The notes under the pieces: generated by a model
The model's input: only the letters and a program-made list of their open reading frames with translations
Database searches by the model: none
Told to the model about the DNA's origin: nothing
In this document: positions 1 to 10,250 of the stretch, one piece after another
How positions within the stretch are numbered: position 1 is the first letter of the stretch
Layout: every line of letters begins with the position of its first letter
Made by a program: the position numbers and the translations under genes
NCBI GenBank assembly: GCA_039589315.1
Contig: JBDHHQ010000017.1
Coordinates: 55,618 to 119,617 of the forward strand
Reading direction: 5' to 3'
DNA: 64,000 nt
Source: Gemmatimonadota bacterium
GTDB lineage: Bacteria; Gemmatimonadota; Gemmatimonadetes; Longimicrobiales; Gaopeijiaceae

Positions 1-1628
1 TGGTACGGATACCCGACGCCGAGGCCGCACCGGTTCCCCGGACGAGCCAGCCTATGGTCCGCAGAGGCGCCTCGGTCGCCGTGCTGCCGTTCGCGAGCCT
101 GAGTGCGGATCCGAACGACAGCTACTTTGCCGACGGCATCCACGAGGACGTGTTGAACCATCTGGCCGAGCTCGAGGGCCTGACGCTGATCTCGCGACAG
201 TCCGTTCTCCAATACCGGGACACGGAGCTGACCGCCCGTGAGATCGGTGAGGAGCTTCGCGTGGGGGCAATCCTCGAAGGCTCCGTCCGGCGACAAGGGG
301 ACCGGATCCGCGTCGTCACCCAGCTCATCGACGCCGTTGCCGACGTCCACCTCTGGTCGCGCTCCTACGACCGTGAGCTGGATGACGTATTCAGAGTCCA
401 GAGTGAGATCGCGAGGGAGGTGGCTCACGCGCTCGAGACGTCGCTCACCCCAGAGGAGGTGCAGCGGATCGCGTCTGGTCCGACTGGCAGCGTAACCGCC
501 TACGACTACTACGTACGCGGCCGGGAGGCACACCGGGACTATACGCACGAGCGCAACGAAGAAGCGATCCGACGGTTCCAGCAGGCCATCGAGCTCGATT
601 CGGCCTACGCCGCGGCCTGGGCAGGCCTGGGCGACGCGTACTCGATGCGCAGACTTCGGTTCGGTTTCGCGTATGAGTGGACCGACTCGGCCATCGCGGC
701 CAGCCAGAAGTCCGTCGAGCTGGACCCGAGCCTGGCAGACGGACACAAGGCGCTGGGACTGGCGTACGGGACGAAGGGCTGGTACCGAAGGGCCATCGCG
801 TCCTACCTGCGCGCCGTCGAGCTCTCGCCGAGTCACGGCGTCGCGATGAACAACATCTCGGCGGCGTACTCTGCGCTACACGTCTTCGACGAAGCGCTGA
901 GGTGGCGCCGACGCTCGTTCCAGGTGTCGCCGAACGGCCCGTACTCCCGGAGCAACGCTGCGATCGTCTATACGAATCTCGGCGAGCGAGAGCTTGCGGA
1001 ACGGTGGGTGACGGACGCCCTGGCGCTCAACCCCGGCGACCTCTACGCGGGGGATGCCCGAGCGTACGTCCACCTCCGCTGGGGGGAGCTGGACCGCGCC
1101 GTCGCGATTCGAGACTCGATACAGGAGTCGGATTCAACCAACGCCCGGAGGCGGGTGGCCGCCGCCCTCTATCACATGTACAACCGGGACTATCCGACGG
1201 CGTTGAAGCTGGTGGGCGAGGCCTTCGAGCTCGCCCCACACGGGCTCCTCCTGGCCCAGAAATGGGGCTGGACCATCGCCGGGTTCGCAAACCTCCAGCA
1301 GGGTGACACGGTCGAGGCCGACCGGCTCTTCCAGCAATCGCTCACCATCAACCAGATAGACCTGGACGGGGGGCTGGACATGCCCCGGACACCGTGGGAG
1401 AACGCGTCGATCTTCGCGGCTCTGGGGCGCACGGCCCAGGCATTGGCATGGGCCGAGGTGGCCTACCGCATGGGCCAGCGGCGGTATTGGGACGCCATCC
1501 ACGACCCGATGTTCGACTCGATCCGGGAGCACCCCGACTTCGTGGCACTCCTGGACCGGATGCGGGAGGACGTCGACCAGATGAGACTACGAGCGGCGGC
1601 CGAGGAACGGGCCGCCGGTCTCCGCTGA
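1..1628 (+). CDS. TolB-like N-terminal domain plus TPR-repeat protein; 5'-truncated by the window edge, probably the C-terminal part of a Ser/Thr kinase or adenylate cyclase-type protein
   Basis: VAVLPFASLS...YFADGIHEDVL..L..L..L.LISR.S motif followed by TPR-like helices (AYDYYVRG, AAAWAGLGDAY). The frame is open back to position 3. Confidence 0.85.
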   Translation, partial: VRIPDAEAAPVPRTSQPMVRRGASVAVLPFASLSADPNDSYFADGIHEDVLNHLAELEGLTLISRQSVLQYRDTELTAREIGEELRVGAILEGSVRRQGDRIRVVTQLIDAVADVHLWSRSYDRELDDVFRVQSEIAREVAHALETSLTPEEVQRIASGPTGSVTAYDYYVRGREAHRDYTHERNEEAIRRFQQAIELDSAYAAAWAGLGDAYSMRRLRFGFAYEWTDSAIAASQKSVELDPSLADGHKALGLAYGTKGWYRRAIASYLRAVELSPSHGVAMNNISAAYSALHVFDEALRWRRRSFQVSPNGPYSRSNAAIVYTNLGERELAERWVTDALALNPGDLYAGDARAYVHLRWGELDRAVAIRDSIQESDSTNARRRVAAALYHMYNRDYPTALKLVGEAFELAPHGLLLAQKWGWTIAGFANLQQGDTVEADRLFQQSLTINQIDLDGGLDMPRTPWENASIFAALGRTAQALAWAEVAYRMGQRRYWDAIHDPMFDSIREHPDFVALLDRMREDVDQMRLRAAAEERAAGLR

Positions 1629-1655
1629 GATGCCATCGGCCCTTGGGCGGCCTTC

Positions 1656-2099
1656 TCAGCGGCGTCGCCCTCGTCCCCACGCTCCCTCGCGCGCCAGGGC
1701 CACGAAGAACAGCAACGCCGTGGCCCATCCGCTCAGGGGATGGACTGCGAGTCGCCACAACCAACGGAGTACCCGGGCTCCCCAATCCAGGGTCGAGGAG
1801 CCCAGGCCTGCGAGAACGAACAAACGGGGAGGCGTGTCGTCGATGCAGCTCATCGCGACCCCACGTTCGAAGGGCGGGGGAGCCACAGGGATCGCGGGGT
1901 CGGGCGATGGTGGCTCGAACTCCGAAGGGCCGGGATCGTGTAACGGTAGCGGCCAGATGTCGATCGAGCACGGGTGCGAACCGAGCTGCCGCGCATCGGA
2001 GGAGCAGGCCGAGCCCGCCTCCTGCCCGTCCAGCTGCGGGAGCACGACCCCCGCGCACAGAGACCCCACGATACCCAACACCCGGATCGTGAATCGCAT
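1656..2099 (-). CDS. Hypothetical membrane protein
   Basis: Signal-like N-terminus, Pro-rich middle, hydrophobic C-terminus followed by a basic tail. Fills the gap between two genes. Confidence 0.5.
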   Translation of the reverse strand: MRFTIRVLGIVGSLCAGVVLPQLDGQEAGSACSSDARQLGSHPCSIDIWPLPLHDPGPSEFEPPSPDPAIPVAPPPFERGVAMSCIDDTPPRLFVLAGLGSSTLDWGARVLRWLWRLAVHPLSGWATALLFFVALAREGAWGRGRRR

Positions 2100-2266
2100 T
2101 CTCGCACCCTCCCTGGCTCGGAACAGTCCGAGGTTCGTCTCACCTGGCAGACGTTCTCGGGCGAGATCCTTGCACAGCGCCGGCTCCTGCCGGGGATGTC
2201 ACGGGAACCATTTGGCTCCGTCATGTCTCTCAGGGAAAGCGAAACGACCCATCTCCATGGAGACCG

Positions 2267-2656
2267 TTGATGTTCCTGAGAAAGCGCGAGCGCCCGGTGG
2301 CCCCCATCGTCCATGCCGAAGACGGGGACTTCAACACGGCGGTTTGGGAACAGCCCGGCGTGACGGTCGTCGACTTCTGGGCGCCGTGGTGCGGTCCCTG
2401 CCGAATGATGGAGCCGATCCTCGAGGAGGTGGCGATCGAGCGGGCGGAGGACGGCGTGCGGATCGTGAAGGTGAACGTCGACAGGGCGCCTCAGGTCTCG
2501 GCCCTCTACGGCATCCGGTCGATCCCGACGCTCATGTTCTTCCGCGATGGAGAAGCCCAGTTCGAGATGGTGGGCCTGGTGCCCAAGCCAGTGCTCGAGC
2601 GGGAGATCGGCGAGCTGCTGTCCTCCGCCGCGAAGCCGCCGGAGGCGGGCGACTAG
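2267..2656 (+). CDS. trxA: Thioredoxin
   Basis: VVDFWAPWCGPC active site and the IRSIPTL cis-Pro motif. Confidence 0.92.
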   Translation: MMFLRKRERPVAPIVHAEDGDFNTAVWEQPGVTVVDFWAPWCGPCRMMEPILEEVAIERAEDGVRIVKVNVDRAPQVSALYGIRSIPTLMFFRDGEAQFEMVGLVPKPVLEREIGELLSSAAKPPEAGD

Positions 2657-3021
2657 CCGAACGGCTTGGCGTGGGCCACCAGGCCAGCCAGGGCCGCGAG
2701 AAGCGGTATCAGCACCAGGCTCCGGACGGACCAGACCGCGGACCGTCCGGCCGCCAGGACCAGCGCTCCGAGGGTGGTCCAGATCGCGAGCTTCACCCAC
2801 ACCCAGCCCGGGAAGATCGCGCCGTGGTCGACGCCCAATCGGGCCAGCATCCCGAATCCGCCCAGCAAGACCAGGAAGAGGGCACCACCGTGTAGCCGGG
2901 CAAGCCGCCTTTTCCATGGGTCCTCGGCCGCCAGAGGCGTACGCGCCAGGGCCACCGACAGCACGACGACCAGGCCGAAGATCCCGAGGAAGTGGACGGC
3001 GCGGTAGAACAGGTAGGGCAT
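2653..3021 (-). CDS. Small four-TM membrane protein
   Basis: Four hydrophobic segments (HFLGIFGLVVVL, HGGALFLVLLGGFGML, WVWVKLAIW). Lies 3 bp downstream of the LLM gene. Confidence 0.75.
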   Translation of the reverse strand: MPYLFYRAVHFLGIFGLVVVLSVALARTPLAAEDPWKRRLARLHGGALFLVLLGGFGMLARLGVDHGAIFPGWVWVKLAIWTTLGALVLAAGRSAVWSVRSLVLIPLLAALAGLVAHAKPFG

Positions 3022-3024
3022 GGC

Positions 3025-4059
3025 TCAGCCTCCGGTCTCGCTTCGCACGACCGGAGCGACCTCGGTCCCCAGCAGCTCGATGGCCCGCATGACCTTGTCA
3101 TGGGGCATGGGTCCCACCGTGAGCTGAATCAGGAAGCGCTGGTGGTGGAACAGCTGGTGCTGGAAGAGGATCTTGTCGATGACCTCCTGCGGGCTACCGA
3201 CGAACAGCGCTCCCCTAGGCGCGCTCTCGGCGTCGAACTGTCGACGAGTGGCGGGAGGCCAGCCGCGTTCGCGCCCGATGCGGGTCATGGTCTCGGCGAA
3301 CGGTGGATACGCGATGTCTGCGGCCTCCTCGGCATCGTCCGCGATGAAGCCGTGTGAGTTGATACTCACCGGCAGCTCGGCCGGATCGTGCCCAGCCCGG
3401 GCCGCCGCCTCTCGATAGAGATCTACCATGGGCTTGAAGCGCTCGGGCGCGCCGCCAATGATGGCCAGGGCCATGGGCAGCCCGAGGGTCGCGGCCCGCA
3501 CGACCGACCTGGGCGTACCGCCGACCGCGATCCACACGGGGATGCGGGCTTGCAGGGGCCGAGGGTAGACGGCACGGTCGTCGATGGATGGACGGTGATG
3601 GCCGGACCAGGTGACGCGCTCCGACTCTCGTAGCTCCAGAAGCAGGTCCAGCTTCTCCGCGAACAGCTCCTCGTAGTCCGAGAGATCCTGGCCGAAGAGC
3701 GGAAAGGACTCGGTGAACGATCCCCGACCGGCCATGATCTCCGCTCGCCCGCCCGAGAGGAGGTCCAGGGTGGCGAAGTCCTGGAAGACACGCACTGGAT
3801 CGTCCGAGCTCAGCACGGAAACGGCACTGGTCAGGCGGATGTTCTGCGTCCGAGCCGCAGCGGCGGCGAGCACGACGGCCGGTGTCGACACGGCGTAGTC
3901 CGGACGGTGATGCTCGCCGACCCCGAAGACGTCGAGGCCGACCTGATCCGCGAGCTCGATCTCCTCGAGGAGGTCACGTAGACGCTCACGGGTGCCTATC
4001 TGCCGACCAGTGGCCGGGTCGAGAGGCGTCTCGGCGAAGGTGTAGATCCCAATCTCCAT
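3025..4059 (-). CDS. LLM-class (luciferase-like) flavin-dependent oxidoreductase
   Basis: [35 protein letters not shown] motifs. Start moved to the ATG at 4059. Confidence 0.92.
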   Translation of the reverse strand: MEIGIYTFAETPLDPATGRQIGTRERLRDLLEEIELADQVGLDVFGVGEHHRPDYAVSTPAVVLAAAAARTQNIRLTSAVSVLSSDDPVRVFQDFATLDLLSGGRAEIMAGRGSFTESFPLFGQDLSDYEELFAEKLDLLLELRESERVTWSGHHRPSIDDRAVYPRPLQARIPVWIAVGGTPRSVVRAATLGLPMALAIIGGAPERFKPMVDLYREAAARAGHDPAELPVSINSHGFIADDAEEAADIAYPPFAETMTRIGRERGWPPATRRQFDAESAPRGALFVGSPQEVIDKILFQHQLFHHQRFLIQLTVGPMPHDKVMRAIELLGTEVAPVVRSETGG

Positions 4060-4106
4060 GGCGGTCGCTACACGCGGCGGCCGCACCCCTCGCGCCTCTC
4101 GACCGG

Positions 4107-5270
4107 CTACCGGTCGCCGACGGGCTCCAGTCGGACTACCGCCGTCGGCTCTGCCTCCCGGTGGTCGATGGCGAGGTAGATGTACCCGTCCGGCCCCTGC
4201 CGGATATCCCGGATGCGGCCCAGCCCCCGAACCAGGGTCTCCTCCGCCACCACCTCCTGCCCGTCCAGCGTGAGGCGCGCGAGCTGCTGCCCGGCCAAGC
4301 CCCCTACGAACATGCTCCCACGCCAATCGGCAAAGACGGAGCCGGTGTAGATCATCAGCCCTGAAGTGGCGATGGACGGAACCCAGAAGTGGACCGGCGG
4401 CTCCATGCCCTCCCGGTGGGTTCCCTCATGGATGGCCAGACCGGTGCGGTAGTTCACGCCGTAGCCGACCACCGGCCAGCCGTAGTTCATCCCGGGCTGG
4501 ATGAGGTTGAGCTCGTCGCCGCCCTGGGGCCCATGCTCGTTGAGCCAGAGATCGCCGGTCTCCGGATGAATCGCCAACCCCTGAGCATTGCGGTGCCCGT
4601 AGCTCCAGATCTCTGGAAGGACGCCGTCCTGACCGACGAACGGGTTGTCATCGGGCACCCGGCCATCGTCGTGAAGCCGAAGGGTGACACCGTGGTGGTT
4701 GGAGAGATCCTGGGCCGGATGGGCTTCCACGTCTCCGCTCGGCGGGGCCTGTCGATCTCCGACCGTGACGAAGAGATACCCGTTGCCGTCAAAAGCCAGG
4801 CGCGAGCCGTAATGCCCGCGCCCTTCGGTCTGGGCTTCGAAGATCTCCTCCACGTCCGTGAGCTCGTCGTTCTCGAAGCGACCTCGGATCACGGCCGTCG
4901 TGCCCCGCTCCCGGTCAGCCTTCGGCTTGGAGTAGCTGAGATACAGCAGGCGGTTCAAGGCGAAGTCGGGGTGGGGCATCACGTCGAGGAGCCCGCCCTG
5001 GCCCTCGGCGACGACCTCCGGGATGCCCGCCACGGGATCGGGGACGAGCATACCACCGCGAACGATGCGGAGCCGCCCTGGCCGCTCCGTCACCAGCATG
5101 TCGCCGCCCGGCAGAAACGCGATCGACCAGGGGCGCACGAGGCCGTCAGCCACTGTGACCACGCGGTAGTCGTGATAGGCGGAACGGTAGACGTGCTCCT
5201 GGCCGGCGGCCGGGGTCGCCATGGACACGAGGAGCCCAGCGGCGGCGAATGCCGAGAGAGTCCGGGCCAT
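4107..5270 (-). CDS. PQQ-dependent sugar dehydrogenase (glucose/sorbosone dehydrogenase family), exported
   Basis: Signal peptide; [40 protein letters not shown] motifs; GGAGG upstream of the ATG at 5270. Confidence 0.92.
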   Translation of the reverse strand: MARTLSAFAAAGLLVSMATPAAGQEHVYRSAYHDYRVVTVADGLVRPWSIAFLPGGDMLVTERPGRLRIVRGGMLVPDPVAGIPEVVAEGQGGLLDVMPHPDFALNRLLYLSYSKPKADRERGTTAVIRGRFENDELTDVEEIFEAQTEGRGHYGSRLAFDGNGYLFVTVGDRQAPPSGDVEAHPAQDLSNHHGVTLRLHDDGRVPDDNPFVGQDGVLPEIWSYGHRNAQGLAIHPETGDLWLNEHGPQGGDELNLIQPGMNYGWPVVGYGVNYRTGLAIHEGTHREGMEPPVHFWVPSIATSGLMIYTGSVFADWRGSMFVGGLAGQQLARLTLDGQEVVAEETLVRGLGRIRDIRQGPDGYIYLAIDHREAEPTAVVRLEPVGDR

Positions 5271-5558
5271 CTTGAATCTCCTCCGAGCGGTATGAATGCG
5301 CCGGGCATGACCCGGTCGCGGGGACACGAAAGAGAAGCAGCGAGCGCCCCGCGGTCAATCGCCGCCGGACGCCCAGAGGTAGGGACACCCCAACGCCTGG
5401 GGAGCCGGCGTGGCGCCCTACGGTCTTTTCCGCCTTCTCCTGACAGACAACGCGCGCGACTCTCGCCAGACTAGGGTCGCAGGTGTGCGCGCAGGGCAGC
5501 GTGCCCGCCAGGTAACGCTGTCGCCGCACTTCCTTCGCATCGGCAGATGGAGGGCGCG

Positions 5559-6179
5559 ATGAAGACCGTGTTCGTCAGGTCGGAACGGTGCATCGGTTGC
5601 CGCCAGTGCGAGTTCGCCTGCGCGGTCGAGCACTCCCGAAGTCGGGATCCGGTCCTGGCTCTTCTCGAAGACCCACCACCCCGGCCTCGCATCCACGTCG
5701 AGGCAGGGCCCTGGTACAACGCCTCCTTCCCCAACAAATGCCGGCACTGCAATCCGGCGCCGTGCCAGCACGTCTGCCCGACGGCTGCCGTATTCAGGGA
5801 CGACACCGGCGACTTCGTGCTCATCGAGCCCGGCAAGTGCATCGCGTGCGCCATGTGCGGGATGGTCTGTCCCTTCGATGCGATCACCTACCATCCCTAC
5901 GGCAACGGGATGCCCGTTCGCGTGGTCGCGACCAAGTGTGACGGCTGCGTGCGTCGGATCCGCCAGGGCGACGTGCCAGCCTGCGTCGAGGCCTGCAAGG
6001 TCGACGCGCTGATTTTCGGAGAGTTGAACGAGCTGGTTCGGGAAGGGCGAATCGCCGAGACGCAGGCGCTGCTCACCGCGGCCTCGACCGAGCCAGTGGC
6101 CTCAACCGTTCCGCCTACCGTCGTGGGCTGGCGGGCCTGGGGGCAGCAAGCCACCGAAGTGGCAGGGGGTGCATCATGA
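5559..6179 (+). CDS. cooF: CooF-type 4Fe-4S ferredoxin-like electron-transfer subunit
   Basis: CIGCRQCEFAC, CRHC..APC..VCP, CIACAMCGMVCP and KCDGC...PACVEAC cluster motifs; ATGA overlap with cooS. Confidence 0.88.
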   Translation: MKTVFVRSERCIGCRQCEFACAVEHSRSRDPVLALLEDPPPRPRIHVEAGPWYNASFPNKCRHCNPAPCQHVCPTAAVFRDDTGDFVLIEPGKCIACAMCGMVCPFDAITYHPYGNGMPVRVVATKCDGCVRRIRQGDVPACVEACKVDALIFGELNELVREGRIAETQALLTAASTEPVASTVPPTVVGWRAWGQQATEVAGGAS

Positions 6180-8058
6180 GCGCGACCGCGACGGAGGATC
6201 TCACCCGCCTCAGCATCAACGACGATGCGCGTGCGATGCTGCTGCGCGCCCGGGCCGAGGGCATTGAGACCGTTTGGGACCGGCTCGCGGCGCAGCAGCC
6301 ACAATGTGGCTATTGCACGTTGGGCCTGAGCTGTCGGAACTGCGCCATGGGCCCCTGCCGCATCGACCCCTTCGGCGACGGTCCCCAAAAGGGCGTGTGC
6401 GGGGCAGACGCCGACGTCATCGTCGCACGAAACTTGGGACGGACCATCGCCGCCGGGGCTGCCTCGCATTCCGACCACGGCCGGGACGTTTTGGAGGTGT
6501 TCTTTCAGACGGCCCTGGGCGAGACCACGGGCTACGAGTTCCGCGACGAAGAGAAGCTGATGGCGCTGGCGGCCGAGCTCGGCGTCGACACGAACGGTCG
6601 GCCGGTGGCGGACGTGGCGCAGGGTCTCGCGGATGCCCTGATGGAGGACTTCGGCACCCGTAAGGCAGGTCTCGGCTTCCTGGCCCGGGTTCCCGAGCCG
6701 CGGGCCGACCTGTGGTCCAAGCTGGGCGTCACCCCCCGGGGCATCGATCGGGAAAACGTCGAGATGCTCCACCGCACCCACATGGGCGTGGACAACGACT
6801 ACGTGAACATCCTGCTCCATGCCCTCAGGACCGGCCTCTCGGACGGGTGGGGTGGATCCATGATCGCCACCGAGCTGTCCGACGTGATGTTCGGGACGCC
6901 CCAGCCCGTGATGTCTCAGGTCAACCTCGGCGTGCTCAAGGAGGACCACGTCAACATCGCGCTGCACGGGCACAATCCTCTGCTCTCCGACGTGGTCGTC
7001 CAGGCGTCGAACGATCCCGAGCTCGTGGCCCTGGCAAAGGAGAAGGGCGCCCTTGGGATCAACCTCGTGGGCCTGTGCTGCACGGGGAACGAGCTCCAGA
7101 TGCGCAAGGGGATCCCCATGGCGGGGAATCACCTGATCCAGGAGCTGGTCATCATGACGGGCGCCTTGGAAGCCATGGTCGTGGACTATCAGTGCATCAT
7201 GCCGGCGGTGACCGACATCGCCAACTGCTTCCATACGCAGGTGATCTCCACGGCCGACAAGGCCAAGTTCCCCGGCGCGACCCACATCTCGTTCGATCCC
7301 CATCGGGGCCTGGAGATCGCCAAGGAGATCGTGGGGCTGGGAATCGAAGCGTTCGGGAGCCGGAACCCGGATCGGGTCCGCATCCCGGGTGAGCCGGTGC
7401 CGATGATGGCGGGCTTCTCTGTGGAGGCGATCCTGAGCGCCCTGGGTGGCACTCCCGAGCCCCTCGTCCAGGCCATCAAGGACGGGTCGATACGCGGAGC
7501 GGTCGCCGTGGTCGGCTGCAACAACCCCAAGATCCCTCAGGATCACGGGCACGTGACCCTCACCCGACGGCTGATCGAGAACGACATCCTGGTGCTGGTC
7601 ACCGGCTGCTCGGCCGTGGCAAACGGCAAAGCCGGCCAAAGGCTCTGGGCCTTCCGCCGGTGCTGCACATGGGCTCGTGCGTGGACAACACGCGCATCCT
7701 GGTGCTGGCGGCGGCGCTGGCCAAGCACCTGGGCGTCGATATCAGTGACTTGCCGCTCGCCGGCGCCGCGCCGGAGTGGTACTCGGAGAAAGCGGTTGCC
7801 ATCGGTGCCTACGTCGTCGCCAGCGGCATCTACACGGTGCTGGGCGTGCAGCCGCCGATCTTCGGCAGCCAGAACGTGGTTCAACTGTTGGCGGAAGGCC
7901 TGGACGATGTCGTGGGTGCCAAGTTCGCGGTCGAGGCCGACCCCGAGCAGGCCGCGATCCTGATCCGCCGCCACATCGAGAGCAAGCGGAAGGCGCTCGG
8001 CCTGCCCCACCTGGAGCCCGAGAGCGTCCAACTCGAAGAGCCTGTGGTCGGGGTCTGA
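6176..8058 (+). CDS. cooS: Anaerobic Ni,Fe carbon monoxide dehydrogenase catalytic subunit; reading frame broken at about 7636-7639 in this sequence
   Basis: B-cluster CRNCAMGPC...VCG and HSDHGRD. C-cluster ligands HGHNP, GLCCTG, DYQC, VGCNN and TGC are in the first frame; HMGSCVD and WYSEKA follow in a second frame ending at 8058. Confidence 0.93.
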
Positions 8059-8116
8059 GGAACGGGACCGTGCGGCACGGTGCCGGAGCGCAGCCCTCGG
8101 GAAAGGGAGGCGGAGG

Positions 8117-9016
8117 GTGAACGAGGACCAGAAGGCGTACCGACGCCGAGTTCTGGACACGGCGAAGACCGTGCGGGACAGCTCGTCCCTCGAGTCGGGC
8201 CCGGAGCACGAGTTCCGCGTGGTCGTCACTGGCAAGGGCGGTGTGGGCAAGACGAGCCTGACGGCGATCCTCTCCCGCCTCCTCGCTCGGGACGGGTACA
8301 CCGTCCTGGCGCTGGATGCCGACCCTCAGATGAACCTGCCGTACGCCCTGGGTCTTCCGCCGTCGGAGGCCGGGGCCATCGTTCCGCTGAGCGAGAACGC
8401 GGACTACGTGGAAGAGAAGACAGGGGCCCGCCCCGGCTCGGGGTGGGGACTGTTCTTCCGGCTGAACCCGGACGTGCACGACGTGGTGGAGCGCTTCGGA
8501 GTGGTGGGGCCCGATCAGGTCCGCCTCCTGGTCATGGGCACGTTGACTCAGCCGGCGGCGGGGTGCCTCTGTCCCGAGAACTCGCTGCTTGCGGCGGTGG
8601 TGGGGGCCGTCGGCCTTCGCGAACGCGAAGTGATCCTCATGGACACCCAGGCGGGCGTGGAGCACTTCGGACGGGCCCTTGCAAAGGGCTTCCGTCACGC
8701 CGTAATCCTGACCGACCCCACCTTCAACGCAGTCCAGGTCGCGCTGGGCACCGCCAGGTTGGCCCGGGATCTGGGCATTCCCCACGTCCACCTGGCGGTG
8801 AACCGCGTGCGCCATCCCGCAGACCTGGACAAGGCCTGGGCCCGCATCGACGAGCAGGGCGGATTCTCGTTCGCGTCCAGCCATGCTCTCCCGTATGACG
8901 AGCTCGTGCTGGAGACCGAGCCGGCCGTGACCCCGCTTCTGAACGGTGCCCGGTCTCCGTTCCTGAGGGCGGTGGAAGGGCTGCGTGATGCGCTGGTCCG
9001 CGTGGAGGGAGTATAG
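8117..9016 (+). CDS. cooC: CO dehydrogenase nickel-insertion ATPase
   Basis: GKGGVGKT deviant Walker A, DADP, GCLCPEN CxC nickel-binding motif, DTQAGVEHFGR. Confidence 0.9.
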   Translation: MNEDQKAYRRRVLDTAKTVRDSSSLESGPEHEFRVVVTGKGGVGKTSLTAILSRLLARDGYTVLALDADPQMNLPYALGLPPSEAGAIVPLSENADYVEEKTGARPGSGWGLFFRLNPDVHDVVERFGVVGPDQVRLLVMGTLTQPAAGCLCPENSLLAAVVGAVGLREREVILMDTQAGVEHFGRALAKGFRHAVILTDPTFNAVQVALGTARLARDLGIPHVHLAVNRVRHPADLDKAWARIDEQGGFSFASSHALPYDELVLETEPAVTPLLNGARSPFLRAVEGLRDALVRVEGV

Positions 9017-9020
9017 ACCG

Positions 9021-10250
9021 ATGCGAGTCGTGATCGTCGGTGCCGGACCCGCCGGTATCTCGGTGGCTGAAAGGCTACGGGACCTCGACCATGATGCGGA
9101 CATCACGTTGCTGTCCGCGGAGCCGTTTCCGCCCTACGCGCCTCCGGCCATGGCCGACCACTTCCTGAGCGGCAGGGACGAGACGCTCTTCTGGAAGGGT
9201 CGGAGCATCGGGGACGACCTGAGGCTGGACTACCGGTCCGGGACCCGAGTGGCGAGTCTGTGGCCCGACCGGTCGCTGGTCGCCCTGGAGGATGGCGGCT
9301 CGCTGTCCTACGACCGGCTCGTCATCGCTTCCGGGAGCCGCCTGTACGCACCACTGCCGGGCTTCGACCTGCCTGGCGTCTGCAACTTCAAGTCCCTCAC
9401 TGCCGCCAGGTCCCTGGTGGAGCAGGCCCGGACCCGTGAGATCGAAAGCGCCTTGATCGTGGGCGCTGGCTTCATCGGCGTCGAGGTGGCGCTCATGCTG
9501 AGCGACCTGGGCCTGCGGGTCATCCTGTTGGAGGAGCGGGACCGGGTCATGCCCCGGATGCTGGATGCGGAAACGGCGGAGATCGTCCTGGCAGAGCTAC
9601 GGGCACGGGGAGTGGACGTGCGGCTCGATACGCGCGCGGCAGCGTTCAGGGGGAGCAAGCGGGTCACCGCGGTGGAGCTGGCCGGGGGCGAAGTGATCCT
9701 CGCCGACGTCCATGTCGCCGCCACGGGCGTGCAGCCCGTGGTGGACTACCTCGACGGCTCGGAGATCGACGTCGGCTGGGGCGTGGTCGTGGACGATCGG
9801 CTTCGCACCACCGTGCGCCACGTCTACGCCGCCGGTGACGTGGCCGAGACGCGGGACCGGATGACGGGGGAGCGGTACGTGCACGCGATCTTCCCGAACG
9901 CCGTCGCCCAGGGCAACGTCGTGGCCGAGAACCTGGCCGGATACGACTCCGTCTACGAAGGTGCCGAGAGCATGAACAGCCTCAAGCACATGGGGGTGCC
10001 GGTGATGGCGGTGGGCGCCCAGACCGGAGACGAGGAGCTGCGCGTGCGCCGGGGTGACCTCCTGAGGAAGATCTTCTTGAGCGACGGTCGCATCGTAGGA
10101 TTCCGCCTGGCAGGCGACATCCGAGGCGCGGGGACGCTGCGGTCACTCATGCTCCGGCGGACGCCCGTGGGACAGTTCGGATGGCGGCTCCTCGATCCTC
10201 GGTTCTCGGTCGGGGACCTCGTGCTGCGCGTGCCCACCGTGGCCGCCTAG
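9021..10250 (+). CDS. FAD-dependent NAD(P)H oxidoreductase, CODH-associated (FNOR / rubredoxin reductase-like)
   Basis: GAGPAG FAD motif, GAGFIGVE NAD motif, VYAAGDVAE. Starts 4 bp after the cooC stop. Confidence 0.9.
   Translation: MRVVIVGAGPAGISVAERLRDLDHDADITLLSAEPFPPYAPPAMADHFLSGRDETLFWKGRSIGDDLRLDYRSGTRVASLWPDRSLVALEDGGSLSYDRLVIASGSRLYAPLPGFDLPGVCNFKSLTAARSLVEQARTREIESALIVGAGFIGVEVALMLSDLGLRVILLEERDRVMPRMLDAETAEIVLAELRARGVDVRLDTRAAAFRGSKRVTAVELAGGEVILADVHVAATGVQPVVDYLDGSEIDVGWGVVVDDRLRTTVRHVYAAGDVAETRDRMTGERYVHAIFPNAVAQGNVVAENLAGYDSVYEGAESMNSLKHMGVPVMAVGAQTGDEELRVRRGDLLRKIFLSDGRIVGFRLAGDIRGAGTLRSLMLRRTPVGQFGWRLLDPRFSVGDLVLRVPTVAA

Noticed and set aside
2653..2656. Convergent genes sharing a CTAG double stop (also at 10247-10250)
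   Set aside because: A common consequence of compact gene packing.
5271..5558. CooA/CRP-FNR binding site upstream of cooF
   Set aside because: Only a TGACA half-site near 5441, with no correctly spaced partner.
7628..7645. Programmed ribosomal frameshift in cooS
   Set aside because: There is no canonical slippery heptamer, and about 18 or more conserved codons are missing, which recoding could not restore.
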